DNA of 64,000 nt from Candidatus Minusculum obligatum (GTDB lineage Bacteria; Patescibacteriota; Minisyncoccia; Phycocordibacterales; Phycocordibacteraceae), in the NCBI GenBank assembly GCA_045401155.1, contig CP174360.1, positions 11,072 through 75,071 of the forward strand, in the 5' to 3' direction. The translations under genes were made by a program, and so were the position numbers. The notes under the pieces were generated by a model. That model saw only the letters and a program-made list of their open reading frames with translations, made no database searches and had not been told where the DNA came from. Shown piece by piece: positions 9,117 to 18,965 of the stretch; within the stretch, counting starts at the first letter, position 1, and each line of letters begins with the position of its first letter.

Positions 9117-11273
9117 ATGAACGCACAAGACCAAATTTCTGCAGTTTCTCCTCGTATGACCGAGGCAAAAAAGAAAGCACTTAAACGCCTTTCTATTGAA
9201 ACGATTGCCGATCTCCTCTACTACTTCCCTGCAAGATATGAAAATACGAGCGAAGTAGGAACCATTAAAGGTATTGCTCCCGGAGAAGATGTAACGATCT
9301 ATGGGCGTATCAAATCCTCTAAAACAGGAAAGACATTTAAGAGCAGGAAACCCATTGCAGAAGCATCTATTGAAGATGGGACAGGAACCATAAAAGCAAA
9401 ATGGTTCTCTCAACCATATATCGCAAAGATGCTAAATCCTGGCATGCCAATAAAAGTATCCGGGAAAGTAACGGGTACCGAAGGAAAATACTACCTTGCT
9501 AATCCAAAGATTGAACCAATCTCTTCGGTCCCCGCAGATACACACAACACCCTCTTTGAAGGAGATCCTGAGGAGATCCTCTACCCCATCTACTCAGAAA
9601 CAAAAGGGGTCACATCACTTTGGCTTTTCCATGCAGTTAAAAAAGCAATCCAAGATGGCGCACTAAAAGGACTACAAGATCCAATACCAGAAGCACTTCT
9701 AAAGAAGTACAACCTCCCAAAACTTGAGAGCGCATTGATCTGGATCCACATGCCGCAAAAACTCTCTCAAGCAGAAGCGGCACGAAAGCGCTTTGCATTT
9801 GAAGAAGTATTCTTGATCCAAACGCTCATGCAGAAAAGCAAGAAGGAAGCGGAAGAACAAGAAGCGCTTCCTGTAAAGGTAGATCGAGAATCTCTACAAT
9901 CCTTTATTGATTCATTCCCCTTCACGCCAACAGACGCACAAACAAAAGCAATTGAAGATATCGTAGATGATTTTGAAAAGAATCATCCGATGATGCGCCT
10001 TGTAGAAGGAGATGTGGGATCTGGAAAGACAGCAGTTGCCGCGGCAACCACGTACATGGTCGCGACCTCTCGTCCAAAAGGGCAAGACTTTGGAAACCTC
10101 CAAGTGGCGTACATGGTACCAACCGAAATCCTTGCAAAACAGCACTTCAAGTCATTTATTCAATACTTTAAAGACCACCCAATTAAAATTGGTCTCATTA
10201 CCGGAAAGGAATGCTATAAGTTCCCTTCTAAAATTAATGGAGAAGAAGCAACAAGAATATCTAAAGCACAGCTAAATAAATGGGTCGCAAACGGAGAAAT
10301 TCCAATTGTAATTGGAACACATGCGCTGATTCAAAAATCAGTAACTTTTAAGAACCTCGCGTACGCAATCATCGATGAGCAACACCGCTTTGGAAAAGTG
10401 CAGCGACAAAAGATCACAAGGAAAGACACGGTAGCGCCCCACCTACTCTCAATGACTGCTACCCCTATCCCAAGAACACTAGCGCTTACCATCTATGGAG
10501 ATCTTGATCTTACGCTTATCGATCAAATGCCAACCGGCCGGAAACCAATCATCACAGAAGTTGTTCGTGAGAATGAACGAGAGAAAATGTATGAAAAAGT
10601 TAAAAAGCAACTAGAAGAAGGTCGCCAAGTATACGTAATCTGTCCTCGCATAGATGAACCAGATCCAAGCAAACAAACCGCACTCATGGCAAAGAGCGTG
10701 AAAGCAGAATGTGCACGATTAAAAAAAGATGTTTTCCCTGACTACAATATCGATATCCTGCACAGCAAGATGTCTCCAGCAGAAAAAGAAGGGACAATGG
10801 CACGCTTTGAGAAAAAAGAAATCGACATTCTTGTTGCCACATCTGTGGTTGAGGTTGGAGTAAACGTGCCAAACGCAACAGTTATCATTATTGAAGGAGC
10901 TGAGCGCTTTGGACTTGCCCAGCTTCACCAGCTACGTGGACGAGTCATTCGCTCAAACCACCAGGCGTACTGTTACGTATACCCTGAGAGCTTTGGTCCA
11001 ACCACGGAAGAGCGGCTAAAAGCACTTACTACAGCAAAGAATGGATTCGAGCTTGCAGAGTATGACCTATCTATCCGTGGAGGTGGTGAACTATATGGAA
11101 GACGTCAATGGGGTGTATCAGACGTAGCAATGGAAGCAATAAAAAATCTAAAGATGGTTGAAGCTGCACGAAACGAAGCGAAAGCTCTTATCAAAAAAGA
11201 CCCTTCCCTAACAAAACACCCGATCATCAAATCCCGTATCGAAGAAAAAGCTGAAGACTTACATTTTGAATAA
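9117..11273 (+). CDS. recG: ATP-dependent DNA helicase RecG
   Basis: GDVGSGKT, DEQHRFG, MTATPIPRT, AERFGLAQLHQLRGRV. Confidence 0.96.
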   Translation: MNAQDQISAVSPRMTEAKKKALKRLSIETIADLLYYFPARYENTSEVGTIKGIAPGEDVTIYGRIKSSKTGKTFKSRKPIAEASIEDGTGTIKAKWFSQPYIAKMLNPGMPIKVSGKVTGTEGKYYLANPKIEPISSVPADTHNTLFEGDPEEILYPIYSETKGVTSLWLFHAVKKAIQDGALKGLQDPIPEALLKKYNLPKLESALIWIHMPQKLSQAEAARKRFAFEEVFLIQTLMQKSKKEAEEQEALPVKVDRESLQSFIDSFPFTPTDAQTKAIEDIVDDFEKNHPMMRLVEGDVGSGKTAVAAATTYMVATSRPKGQDFGNLQVAYMVPTEILAKQHFKSFIQYFKDHPIKIGLITGKECYKFPSKINGEEATRISKAQLNKWVANGEIPIVIGTHALIQKSVTFKNLAYAIIDEQHRFGKVQRQKITRKDTVAPHLLSMTATPIPRTLALTIYGDLDLTLIDQMPTGRKPIITEVVRENEREKMYEKVKKQLEEGRQVYVICPRIDEPDPSKQTALMAKSVKAECARLKKDVFPDYNIDILHSKMSPAEKEGTMARFEKKEIDILVATSVVEVGVNVPNATVIIIEGAERFGLAQLHQLRGRVIRSNHQAYCYVYPESFGPTTEERLKALTTAKNGFELAEYDLSIRGGGELYGRRQWGVSDVAMEAIKNLKMVEAARNEAKALIKKDPSLTKHPIIKSRIEEKAEDLHFE

Positions 11274-11305
11274 TATTTGGTAAGGTTTTTTTGGGAGGTA
11301 TACAA

Positions 11306-11644
11306 ATGATACGCTTGCTCTTTTGTCTCTTTGTTGAAGCGATAATAATCGGAACTGGGTTTTTCTTTCGCTTCTTCATTGCAGCACCCCTTCTTGCAAC
11401 CATAGTTCTTCTTCGTAGCCCTCGAGGCATCAAGAAGGATCGATGGATTGCGTGGCGACTTGTCCGTGCACATAGACTTGGACGCACACTCTCTATCGCT
11501 CAAATGAGCAAACTCAACGACGCGCTCACCAAAGAGCTTATCCGCGAGATTCGAGTACCGATGGGTGTCGACCACGACCAACTCATTCAGTGGGGTCCAA
11601 GTATTGAACTTGTTCCTATTAAGGAACTGGAGGTTCGCGCATAG
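11306..11644 (+). CDS. Orphan membrane protein (SD-led cassette)
   Basis: GGGAGG 7 nt before ATG 11306; hydrophobic N-terminus; no recognisable family. Confidence 0.7.
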   Translation: MIRLLFCLFVEAIIIGTGFFFRFFIAAPLLATIVLLRSPRGIKKDRWIAWRLVRAHRLGRTLSIAQMSKLNDALTKELIREIRVPMGVDHDQLIQWGPSIELVPIKELEVRA

Positions 11645-11664
11645 CGAACCTCTTCTTTTTTCAG

Positions 11665-11738
11665 TACGCCCACCAGGACTCGAACCTGGAACCACCCGCG
11701 TATAAGGCGAGCGCTCTAACCAATTGAGCTATAGGCGC
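11665..11738 (-). tRNA. tRNA-Ile(TAT)
   Basis: GCGCCTA acceptor, anticodon arm CTCGC-CT TAT AC-GCGGG, GGTTCGAGTCC, discriminator A. Confidence 0.9.
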
Positions 11739-11745
11739 ATATTTT

Positions 11746-12408
11746 TTACCCTTCTATATCCTGAAGATATTTCAGGCTCATACTAATATATTCCTTTATG
11801 TCACGATTATCAAAGATAATATTGCACGTACCCCACCCGAACCTTCCTTTATATACTTTTTCTTTTTCAAAAGAAGAATCCTTTATATAAGGCTTCCTGA
11901 ATTTACTTATCGGCATCCCAAGCTCTTTTAACCAAAATAGAGTCACCTTATTTACATTCATATCTTTATATAAATGAAGTTTTACCTTGAGATTATATTT
12001 ACTCACCCCCAAGCCCTCCATCCATCGAATAAAAAACTTGAGTATTGCGGGGTCTGTATTTGAAACAGATGTTGCATATCGACCAGACTTTAAACCCTCT
12101 GCCCAATACAGGTAAAGGCCAGCAATAAACTCTTCTCTTTTGCTTAATTTCCCAATATTTTTTTGCGCTCTCTTATATACATTATCCAAACGCACAGCCC
12201 TCTTCTTTTCCATGGTGGCACGATAGCTTTCTATCCTTTTAGGATTCTTGTCTCGAAGCTTAACAAGCTGCCCTTTTGTTAGTGGCATGTCTCTAAGCCA
12301 TCGACTCAAAGTACTCTTACTAACTTTTACTTCTTGCTTTATTTGAGAGTAGCTTTTGCCAGCCTTACGCAAAGCAATTACTTTATTTTTTTCTTCTATC
12401 TTTGCCAT
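11746..12408 (-). CDS. HTH + degenerate LAGLIDADG-like protein adjacent to tRNA
   Basis: LRKAGKSYSQI..VSKSTLSRWL (HTH); IAGLYLYWAEG, SNTDP; AT-rich; ends 7 nt before tRNA. Confidence 0.65.
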   Translation of the reverse strand: MAKIEEKNKVIALRKAGKSYSQIKQEVKVSKSTLSRWLRDMPLTKGQLVKLRDKNPKRIESYRATMEKKRAVRLDNVYKRAQKNIGKLSKREEFIAGLYLYWAEGLKSGRYATSVSNTDPAILKFFIRWMEGLGVSKYNLKVKLHLYKDMNVNKVTLFWLKELGMPISKFRKPYIKDSSFEKEKVYKGRFGWGTCNIIFDNRDIKEYISMSLKYLQDIEG

Positions 12409-12523
12409 AATCGAACCTTTGTATTATACAACCAGAAATCATTGTTCTTTACTCTCTTTAAAAGCATAGACAAGATTTATGTAATATTGTATAATATAAC
12501 CTGTTTAGTAGGGGGAGTTTGTA

Positions 12524-12712
12524 GTGTTTGAGTTTGGGGAAATTGTTCGTTTGTTGATGCCTCTTCTGGTGACCGTATTAGGCATCTCTCTGTTTTGGGG
12601 ATCTTGGTTGATCTGGAAAATGAAACCGCCAAGAAAACCCACATCTGAAGTTACGGTCACCGAACCTCAAAAGCCATACCGGCCCGGGGATATCGTAAAC
12701 AAAAAGGTCTGA
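12524..12712 (+). CDS. Orphan small single-TM protein (cassette)
   Basis: TAGACA-17-TATAAT from 12467, GGGGGAG SD, hairpin 12703-12739 overlapping the stop. Confidence 0.75.
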   Translation: MFEFGEIVRLLMPLLVTVLGISLFWGSWLIWKMKPPRKPTSEVTVTEPQKPYRPGDIVNKKV

Positions 12713-12738
12713 GCTCGCGCTCAGACCTTCTGTTTTTT

Positions 12739-14655
12739 TTACACTCCTACGTGCTCTATATCCTCCTTCTTCTTTGGCGTAATACCATTTGCGATAAGAA
12801 GATCTTCAAACTCCTTCCGCTCAAGCGTCTCAACTTCAATAAGCTTTTGCGCAATTGCGTCAAGCACATCACGATGCTTTGTAAGAATTTTTGTTGCCTC
12901 TTCTTTTGCATCCGTAATAATTTTTGTAACCTCTGCATCAATCATTGCAGACACTTCCTCTGAATACTCTTTTGGATTTCCACCCATACCAAAGAGCGGC
13001 TTTCCTCCCTCGCTTTCAAGTGCAACGGGTCCAACCTTCTCACTCATACCCCACTTCGTAACCATATTGCGTGCAAGATTTGTAAGCACCTGAAGATCAT
13101 TAGATGGTCCAGTAGTTAGATCGCCAAAGATCATCTCCTCTGCAACATATCCTCCAAGTGTCACCGCGATATCATCATGAAACTCTTTCTTTGAATGCAT
13201 GCGCTTATCTTCAAACGGGAGATTCATTGTGTACCCTGCCGCTCGTCCACGAGAGACAATAGAGATCTTGTGTACCGGATCAGCATACGGAAGCACTGAA
13301 CCAACAAGTGCATGCCCCGCTTCATGATATGCAGTAATCTCTTTTTCTTTTTTATTTAGAATATGACTCTTCCGCTCAGGTCCAAGCATTACCTTTTCGA
13401 TAGAACGAATAAGGTCATACTGTGTAATAGTCTTTCGATTCTCACGCGCAGCTAAGATTGCTCCCTCATTCATAAGTGACTGAAGCTCTGCACCAGAAAA
13501 TCCAGGGGTTCGCTCTGCGATAACCGTAATATCTACATCATCATGTAGCGGCTTCTTACGCGCGTGAATCTTAAGAATCTCTTCTCGATCCTTTCGATCT
13601 GGTACATCAATCGTGATGCGTCGATCAAATCGCCCTGGGCGAAGAAGTGCTGGATCAAGTACATCTGGTCGGTTTGTAGCGGCCATCACAATCACCTTGT
13701 CATTTGGCTCAAATCCATCCATCTCAACAAGAATCTGATTAAGCGTTTGCTCTCGCTCGTCATTTCCCCCACCCTGACCTACACCACGAGCACGTCCTAC
13801 CGCATCAATCTCATCTACAAAGATAATTGCAGGGGCAACTTGCTTTGCCATCTTAAAGAGATCTCGCACACGAGACGCTCCCACTCCCACAAACATCTCC
13901 ACAAACTCAGATCCTGAGATTGAGAAGAATGGCACACCCGCCTCTCCAGCTACCGCACGTGCAAGAAGTGTCTTTCCTGTACCTGGTGCTCCCATCAGAA
14001 GCATTCCCTTTGGAATACGTGCCCCAATATCTAAGAATTTCTTTGGAGACTTTAGAAACTCAACAACCTCGGCAAGCTCTTCTTTAGCTTCTTTCGCTCC
14101 CGCAACATCAGCAAAGGTAACGCGCTGATTCTTATCTGCAGGATCAATCATGCGTGCCTTACTCTGTCCAAAGCTTAGTGCTTGCATGCCAGCCCCCTTC
14201 ACTTGGCGCGTCAAAAACCAGAACAAGAATACAAGGAAGATAAGTGGGATAAGGAATGGCCCAAGCGTCATAAACCAGAACCCGAATCCGCTCTCACTTT
14301 TAATAGACACATCAATTGCCTGCAGACTCTCTGCTGATACACCGTAATTAGAAAGCGTGTCGGTAATCGCAGTATTTACTTCTTTCTTAGACTTTTTCTC
14401 TACCCCCTCCTCTACATACAAAATAGCAAGGTTGTCTCCTGACACTTCAATAGAAGAGACAAGTCCCGCTTCTACATCCTTTGCAACTTGAGAGAGCGCA
14501 ACTTCTTCAGGAGCAGATCCATCTCCAGCAAAGACACTAAAGAGCGTCATCAGGAGCAAAATCGCTACAATTCCGGTTAATAGATTAGAAATAAATGGTA
14601 CGTGTGGAAGTTTCTTTTTTCCTTTTTTTGCTTGCTTTTTCTTAGGGGTACTCAT
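12739..14655 (-). CDS. ftsH: ATP-dependent zinc metalloprotease FtsH
   Basis: Two TMs, [27 protein letters not shown]. Confidence 0.97.
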   Translation of the reverse strand: MSTPKKKQAKKGKKKLPHVPFISNLLTGIVAILLLMTLFSVFAGDGSAPEEVALSQVAKDVEAGLVSSIEVSGDNLAILYVEEGVEKKSKKEVNTAITDTLSNYGVSAESLQAIDVSIKSESGFGFWFMTLGPFLIPLIFLVFLFWFLTRQVKGAGMQALSFGQSKARMIDPADKNQRVTFADVAGAKEAKEELAEVVEFLKSPKKFLDIGARIPKGMLLMGAPGTGKTLLARAVAGEAGVPFFSISGSEFVEMFVGVGASRVRDLFKMAKQVAPAIIFVDEIDAVGRARGVGQGGGNDEREQTLNQILVEMDGFEPNDKVIVMAATNRPDVLDPALLRPGRFDRRITIDVPDRKDREEILKIHARKKPLHDDVDITVIAERTPGFSGAELQSLMNEGAILAARENRKTITQYDLIRSIEKVMLGPERKSHILNKKEKEITAYHEAGHALVGSVLPYADPVHKISIVSRGRAAGYTMNLPFEDKRMHSKKEFHDDIAVTLGGYVAEEMIFGDLTTGPSNDLQVLTNLARNMVTKWGMSEKVGPVALESEGGKPLFGMGGNPKEYSEEVSAMIDAEVTKIITDAKEEATKILTKHRDVLDAIAQKLIEVETLERKEFEDLLIANGITPKKKEDIEHVGV

Positions 14656-14680
14656 AGGGTGCTATTATACACAACGACAT

Positions 14681-15127
14681 ATGGCCACACTAGTTACTAA
14701 TAAAAAGGCACACTTTGATTTTGAAATTCTCGAAGAGTTTGAAGCGGGTGCTGAGCTCTTCGGACACGAAGTAAAGTCTCTAAAGAACAATCAGGGCTCA
14801 CTTATAGGAGCGCGCGTGCTTATCCGTGGTGGTGAAGCACTCCTTGTAGGCGCTTCTATTCCCCCATACCAACAAACAAATACAAAAGAAGAATACGATC
14901 CAGAGCGTGCACGACGTCTCCTACTATCTAAAAAAGAAATCGCGGAAATAGCACGGGCAGAAGATGAGTCTGGTTTGACCGCTATTCCACTTTCATGGTA
15001 TAATAAAGGTAGATTAGTGAAGCTTAAAATTGCAATCGCAAAGGGTAAAAAGAAGGGAGATAAGCGAGAAACAATTAAAAAACGTGATGTCTTTAGAGAC
15101 ATTGCAAGAAGCTTTAAGATTCGCTAG
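14681..15127 (+). CDS. smpB: SsrA-binding protein
   Basis: NKKAHFDF, G.EVKSL, RRLLL.KKEI, KGKK..DKRE. Confidence 0.96.
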   Translation: MATLVTNKKAHFDFEILEEFEAGAELFGHEVKSLKNNQGSLIGARVLIRGGEALLVGASIPPYQQTNTKEEYDPERARRLLLSKKEIAEIARAEDESGLTAIPLSWYNKGRLVKLKIAIAKGKKKGDKRETIKKRDVFRDIARSFKIR

Positions 15128-15188
15128 ATTTATACAAGAGCACATTACATTTCAGTTTTGTGTGAGGCAGAAAGAAGGAGTACAACTC

Positions 15189-15374
15189 ATGCCAAAAATC
15201 AGTAAGAATATTGATACGTTGTTTTTAACTGCGACCGGACACTCATATTTTGAAGTCCTTCAGCACACGGATCCTTCGGGAATGCGTTCTACGCATATCG
15301 AAGACCCTGATGCTGACGTATTTGATTACGAGCTTGGTGAACCGAACGGAACACCAATTGATCATATTTTCTAA
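15189..15374 (+). CDS. Orphan small acidic protein (cassette) between smpB and ssrA
   Basis: TTGCAA-17-TAGATT from 15102, AAGGAG SD, hairpin 15384-15411. Confidence 0.7.
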   Translation: MPKISKNIDTLFLTATGHSYFEVLQHTDPSGMRSTHIEDPDADVFDYELGEPNGTPIDHIF

Positions 15375-15470
15375 ATTGATCTTGGGGGAAAACATATTAT
15401 TGCGTTCCCCCTGCCAACAGAGAACTGAAATGTCATTCGCAGAAAGGACGGTATATATACTTTCTTTCCT

Positions 15471-15859
15471 GGGGATGATCGGCTTCGACGATCTTGTTCC
15501 TTGATACTGTGCGACATCGTGCACGTTCATCAACACGCAAAATTGTGAACACCATATAGATGCAAAAAATACATTTGCACGTGTACTTTCACCTATTCAA
15601 CTAGGTGATCTTGCATTCGCTCGCGCTTAAGCTGTAGCGGCTCAGTACTATCCTTTTCTTGTGGGGAGCGTACATGAGGTCATCTCGCAAGATCGGAGAC
15701 ATAATTCGTCTAATTATTTCTCTTAAATCTTAAGACTCGACGTGACTGGGTTTGGTTTACTTACTACCATCACGTTTAAACCCAATAAGTAAACTACGTG
15801 TCGTAGATGCATTATCAAGATCATTTTCGGACGCGGGTTCGATTCCCGCCATCTCCACA
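15471..15859 (+). ncRNA. ssrA: tmRNA
   Basis: 5' GGGGATG..TTCGAC, 3' GGTTCGATTCCCGCCATCTCCA; tag ORF 15562-15630 AKNTFARVLSPIQLGDLAFARA*; near smpB. Confidence 0.95.
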
Positions 15860-15870
15860 TAATTTTGAAC

Positions 15871-15909
15871 TTGAAAAGAACCCTCTTATAATAAGAGGGT
15901 TCTTTTCAA
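15871..15909. terminator. Near-perfect palindrome after tmRNA
   Basis: ttgaaaagaaccctcttat-a-ataagagggttcttttcaa, 19-bp arms. Confidence 0.8.
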
Positions 15910-15924
15910 CAATGGAGAAGAGTG

Positions 15925-16527
15925 ATGACATCACCAAACAAGAACCTGAAATACCTTTCAATTGAGGCACTTTTGCAGTTAATTGAAAGCCCGCATCGGG
16001 AAATTTGCGAGCGCATTCTCGCAGATAACCGAGCACTTTTCGAGACAGCCCGCGGATCAACGTTCAATCATCAAACATGGGATGGTGGGTACATTGACCA
16101 TATAACCGACTGCTTGAATATTGCCTACCAACTATACGGACACCTTTGCCGCTTCGGACGAACGGTCCCGTTCTCAGTATCTGATGCACTTTTGGTGCTT
16201 TTCATCCATGACCTTGAAAAGCCATGGAAAATTCAAGTGAATACTGATGGTAGTGTTTCGTTGCGTGACGGTCTTCAAACAAAGGAGGACTTTGCACGTT
16301 TTCGTGATGAGAAACTTGCCGAATATGGACTTTCGCTCAATGCGGTGCAGGCAAATGCATTCAAATATGTAGAGGGCGAATACAAGGACTATTCAAGCAA
16401 GCATCGCGTCATGAACGAACTTGCTGCATTTTGCCACATGGTAGATACATGGTCTGCTCGTGGCTGGTACGACTATCCGAAAGTTGATGATGAATGGCCT
16501 GGTGCCACTCGTTTTCGGACTGCGTAA
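15925..16527 (+). CDS. HD-superfamily-like hydrolase
   Basis: HQTWDGGYIDH..HDLEK..D pattern; GGAG SD; hairpin 16561-16582. Confidence 0.7.
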   Translation: MTSPNKNLKYLSIEALLQLIESPHREICERILADNRALFETARGSTFNHQTWDGGYIDHITDCLNIAYQLYGHLCRFGRTVPFSVSDALLVLFIHDLEKPWKIQVNTDGSVSLRDGLQTKEDFARFRDEKLAEYGLSLNAVQANAFKYVEGEYKDYSSKHRVMNELAAFCHMVDTWSARGWYDYPKVDDEWPGATRFRTA

Positions 16528-16586
16528 CCTTCTCTATTACCTTTGCTCTATTCTGTTTGGGGCCCGCGCAACTGCCTGGGCCTCTT

Positions 16587-16925
16587 TTATTTCTTAAACA
16601 CCAACGCTAGCGCCATAAACGCCAACCCCACATCTCTAATACCAGATGGTGTATTCCCTAGCGAGAATGCGATGCCAAATAAATGGAGCGCAACAATAGC
16701 AGCACTTACGCGTAAAAAGATACCAAAGAGAATAAAAGCACCTAGCACAATCTCTACCCCTCCATTAAGCAATACAATCAACTCAGGAGATATTGGAGAA
16801 ATACCAACCAACCACTCTGGAAGGAAGAACGTCCAATTAGATGGTTCTAATACCTGACTTCCCCCAAACCAAAAGAGGATAATCGCAAGACCGATACGAA
16901 GAATTAATTGCGTATCAATTTTCAT
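16587..16925 (-). CDS. DoxX-family membrane protein
   Basis: LRIGLA..WFG..Q, GGVEIVLG, IRDVGL. Confidence 0.8.
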   Translation of the reverse strand: MKIDTQLILRIGLAIILFWFGGSQVLEPSNWTFFLPEWLVGISPISPELIVLLNGGVEIVLGAFILFGIFLRVSAAIVALHLFGIAFSLGNTPSGIRDVGLAFMALALVFKK

Positions 16926-16926
16926 A

Positions 16927-17340
16927 CTATGACTGCGCACCCTCGATTACACCAAGTGTTCCAACAAAATTCCCAACTTCTGGAAGTAGATTTTGCTGCT
17001 TCTCTCCATGCTGTCCCTCAAACGCTTTAGTAAACTCCTCGCTTGTCCCACAATACTGCGCGATAGCAGCTGATCCCCCAGGATGCTTACTAAGCCAGTC
17101 GGTTACATCATATACAGTGCCTTTATACGCAATCCAGCAATCATCTGCTGAATTATGCATTGCAAGATCCTCCTCTGAGATCATTGGTGCAAATCCACCC
17201 GTATTTCCATTATTTTCTCCCTCTACTACCTGCTCTTCATTGCCTACTACCGGAGCTTGTAAATCTCCTGCTCTCCAGAGCAAAAGCCCTCCTACAAGTA
17301 CGATAATAAAGACTGCGATTGTTATTGTTGCTTTATTCAT
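16927..17340 (-). CDS. Membrane-anchored cytochrome b5-like heme/steroid-binding protein
   Basis: HNSADDCWIAYKGTVYDVT.W...HPGG, QHG. Confidence 0.9.
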   Translation of the reverse strand: MNKATITIAVFIIVLVGGLLLWRAGDLQAPVVGNEEQVVEGENNGNTGGFAPMISEEDLAMHNSADDCWIAYKGTVYDVTDWLSKHPGGSAAIAQYCGTSEEFTKAFEGQHGEKQQNLLPEVGNFVGTLGVIEGAQS

Positions 17341-17432
17341 ATAACTAAAAGTATACCGCAAACTATATAGTACGGAATTCATTGACAATCTTATAAAAAG
17401 TATGTATTTTCATTGCAGCATTGGAGGAAGTC

Positions 17433-17750
17433 ATGAACTTTTCACTTTCGGATCTTTCCGGAAAACAAATCCTTTTTATTGTCCCTCTTTCTTCGGGAAT
17501 CAGTGAAGAAGAGTATGTCGAGATGGGGTCTGTGATCTCAATCGATCCAGATCACGAAAAGGCGTTTGTTTCTTTTTTGTACCATGGGTACAAGAGCGCA
17601 GCCGACCCCATTCCTTTCTCACACATCCTTGCGGTGTATGACGAAAATGGCGAACGTCTGAAAATTGCAAACTTTTCAGGCCCTTCGATCGACCTGCGCG
17701 ACAAAGCACCTTTTGGCACTCACAAAATGGAAGCCCGGGCGTGCGCTTGA
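17433..17750 (+). CDS. Orphan protein (cassette)
   Basis: TTGACA-17-TATTTT from 17382, GGAGG SD, hairpin 17759-17782. Confidence 0.75.
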   Translation: MNFSLSDLSGKQILFIVPLSSGISEEEYVEMGSVISIDPDHEKAFVSFLYHGYKSAADPIPFSHILAVYDENGERLKIANFSGPSIDLRDKAPFGTHKMEARACA

Positions 17751-17858
17751 AGAATTTTAGCCACCGACTCACCTCGGTGGCTATTCTTTAATTAGAGGGC
17801 TTAAAACCATTGCGAACAGCACCTCTACATGGTATAGTCCTAGCCACAATCCAACGCT

Positions 17859-18398
17859 TTGAAAAACGAACGAATACGAATAAATGAAGAAATTCGCGCG
17901 AAGGAGCTTCGCGTAGTCGGCGCCGACGGCGCCAATTTAGGTGTTATTTCACTTAGTGAAGCTCTAAAGGCAGCGACGGATGCTGGACTAGATCTTATTG
18001 AGATCTCTCCAAAAGCAAAACCGCCAGTTGCCAAGGTGATGGATTATGGTAAATTCCAGTACGAGCAGAAGAAGAAGGACAGCGCAATGCGCGCAAAGAG
18101 TAAGCCTACAGAGACCAAGAGTGTCCAGGTAAAAATGGGTACTGGCGAGCACGACAAAATGCTTAAAGCAAAACGTGCAGCCGAATGGCTCTCTGAAGGA
18201 CATCGCGTAAAAGTAGAGCTGTTCTTAAAAGGTCGGTACAAATATATGGACCAAGCGCTTCTTAGAGGAAAGCTTGAGGACTTCCTAAAGGTAATTCCTC
18301 ACGCATTTAAGATCGCAGACCCTATTCGTAAAGTTCCAAAAGGATTTGCAACCGTAATCGAACGGGACAACCAAAAGAAAAACCATGAAGACAAATAA
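17859..18398 (+). CDS. infC: Translation initiation factor IF-3 (non-AUG start)
   Basis: RINEEIRA, LDLIEISP..KPPVAKVMDYGKF. Confidence 0.96.
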   Translation: MKNERIRINEEIRAKELRVVGADGANLGVISLSEALKAATDAGLDLIEISPKAKPPVAKVMDYGKFQYEQKKKDSAMRAKSKPTETKSVQVKMGTGEHDKMLKAKRAAEWLSEGHRVKVELFLKGRYKYMDQALLRGKLEDFLKVIPHAFKIADPIRKVPKGFATVIERDNQKKNHEDK

Positions 18399-18570
18399 GT
18401 CATTCACAAAAAGACTCAAGACGACAAAGACAGGAAAGATTGTGGGTCGGGCTAAAGGCCAGGACCACTACAACGCCAAGGAAGGTCGAAAGACCAAGAC
18501 CGCAAAGCGTCGAACTGTCTCAATCGCAATGAGTAATAAAAGTAAGCGTCGATTTCTTCCACGCGCATAA
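18385..18570 (+). CDS. rpmI: 50S ribosomal protein L35
   Basis: MKTNKSFTKRLK.TKTGK; infC-rpmI-rplT order. Confidence 0.92.
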   Translation: MKTNKSFTKRLKTTKTGKIVGRAKGQDHYNAKEGRKTKTAKRRTVSIAMSNKSKRRFLPRA

Positions 18571-18581
18571 TTTTTAGTACT

Positions 18582-18929
18582 ATGGCACGAGCAACAGCAG
18601 GAGTAGCACGAAACAAGCACCGAAAGGAAATCCTTAAGCGAACAAAAGGATACCGATGGGGGCGAAAGAATAAAGAGCGACTAGCACGTCAGGCGCTATT
18701 TAATGCAGGAGAGTATGCATTTGCTCACCGAAAAGATAAGAAGAATGACTTCAGAAAGCTTTGGATCACTCGCATCAACGCAGCAATCCGAAACCTAGGA
18801 TTTGGATCATACAGCAAGCTTATCGACACCCTAAAGAAAAAGAATGTTGAGCTAGACCGAAAGGCTCTCGCAACACTCGCAAAAGACAAACCTGAAGTAT
18901 TCGAACGAGTAATCAAGGAAGTATCATAA
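18582..18929 (+). CDS. rplT: 50S ribosomal protein L20
   Basis: KGYRWGR, FRKLWITRINAA, LDRKALA; terminator 18933-18955. Confidence 0.96.
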   Translation: MARATAGVARNKHRKEILKRTKGYRWGRKNKERLARQALFNAGEYAFAHRKDKKNDFRKLWITRINAAIRNLGFGSYSKLIDTLKKKNVELDRKALATLAKDKPEVFERVIKEVS

Positions 18930-18965
18930 GTAAAAAGCGCCAGATGGCGCTTTTTACATTCCAAC

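Noticed and set aside
15030-15536. Longer ORFs 15030-15374, 15250-15504 and 15243-15536
   Set aside because: They overlap smpB or tmRNA; the SD supports a start at 15189 only
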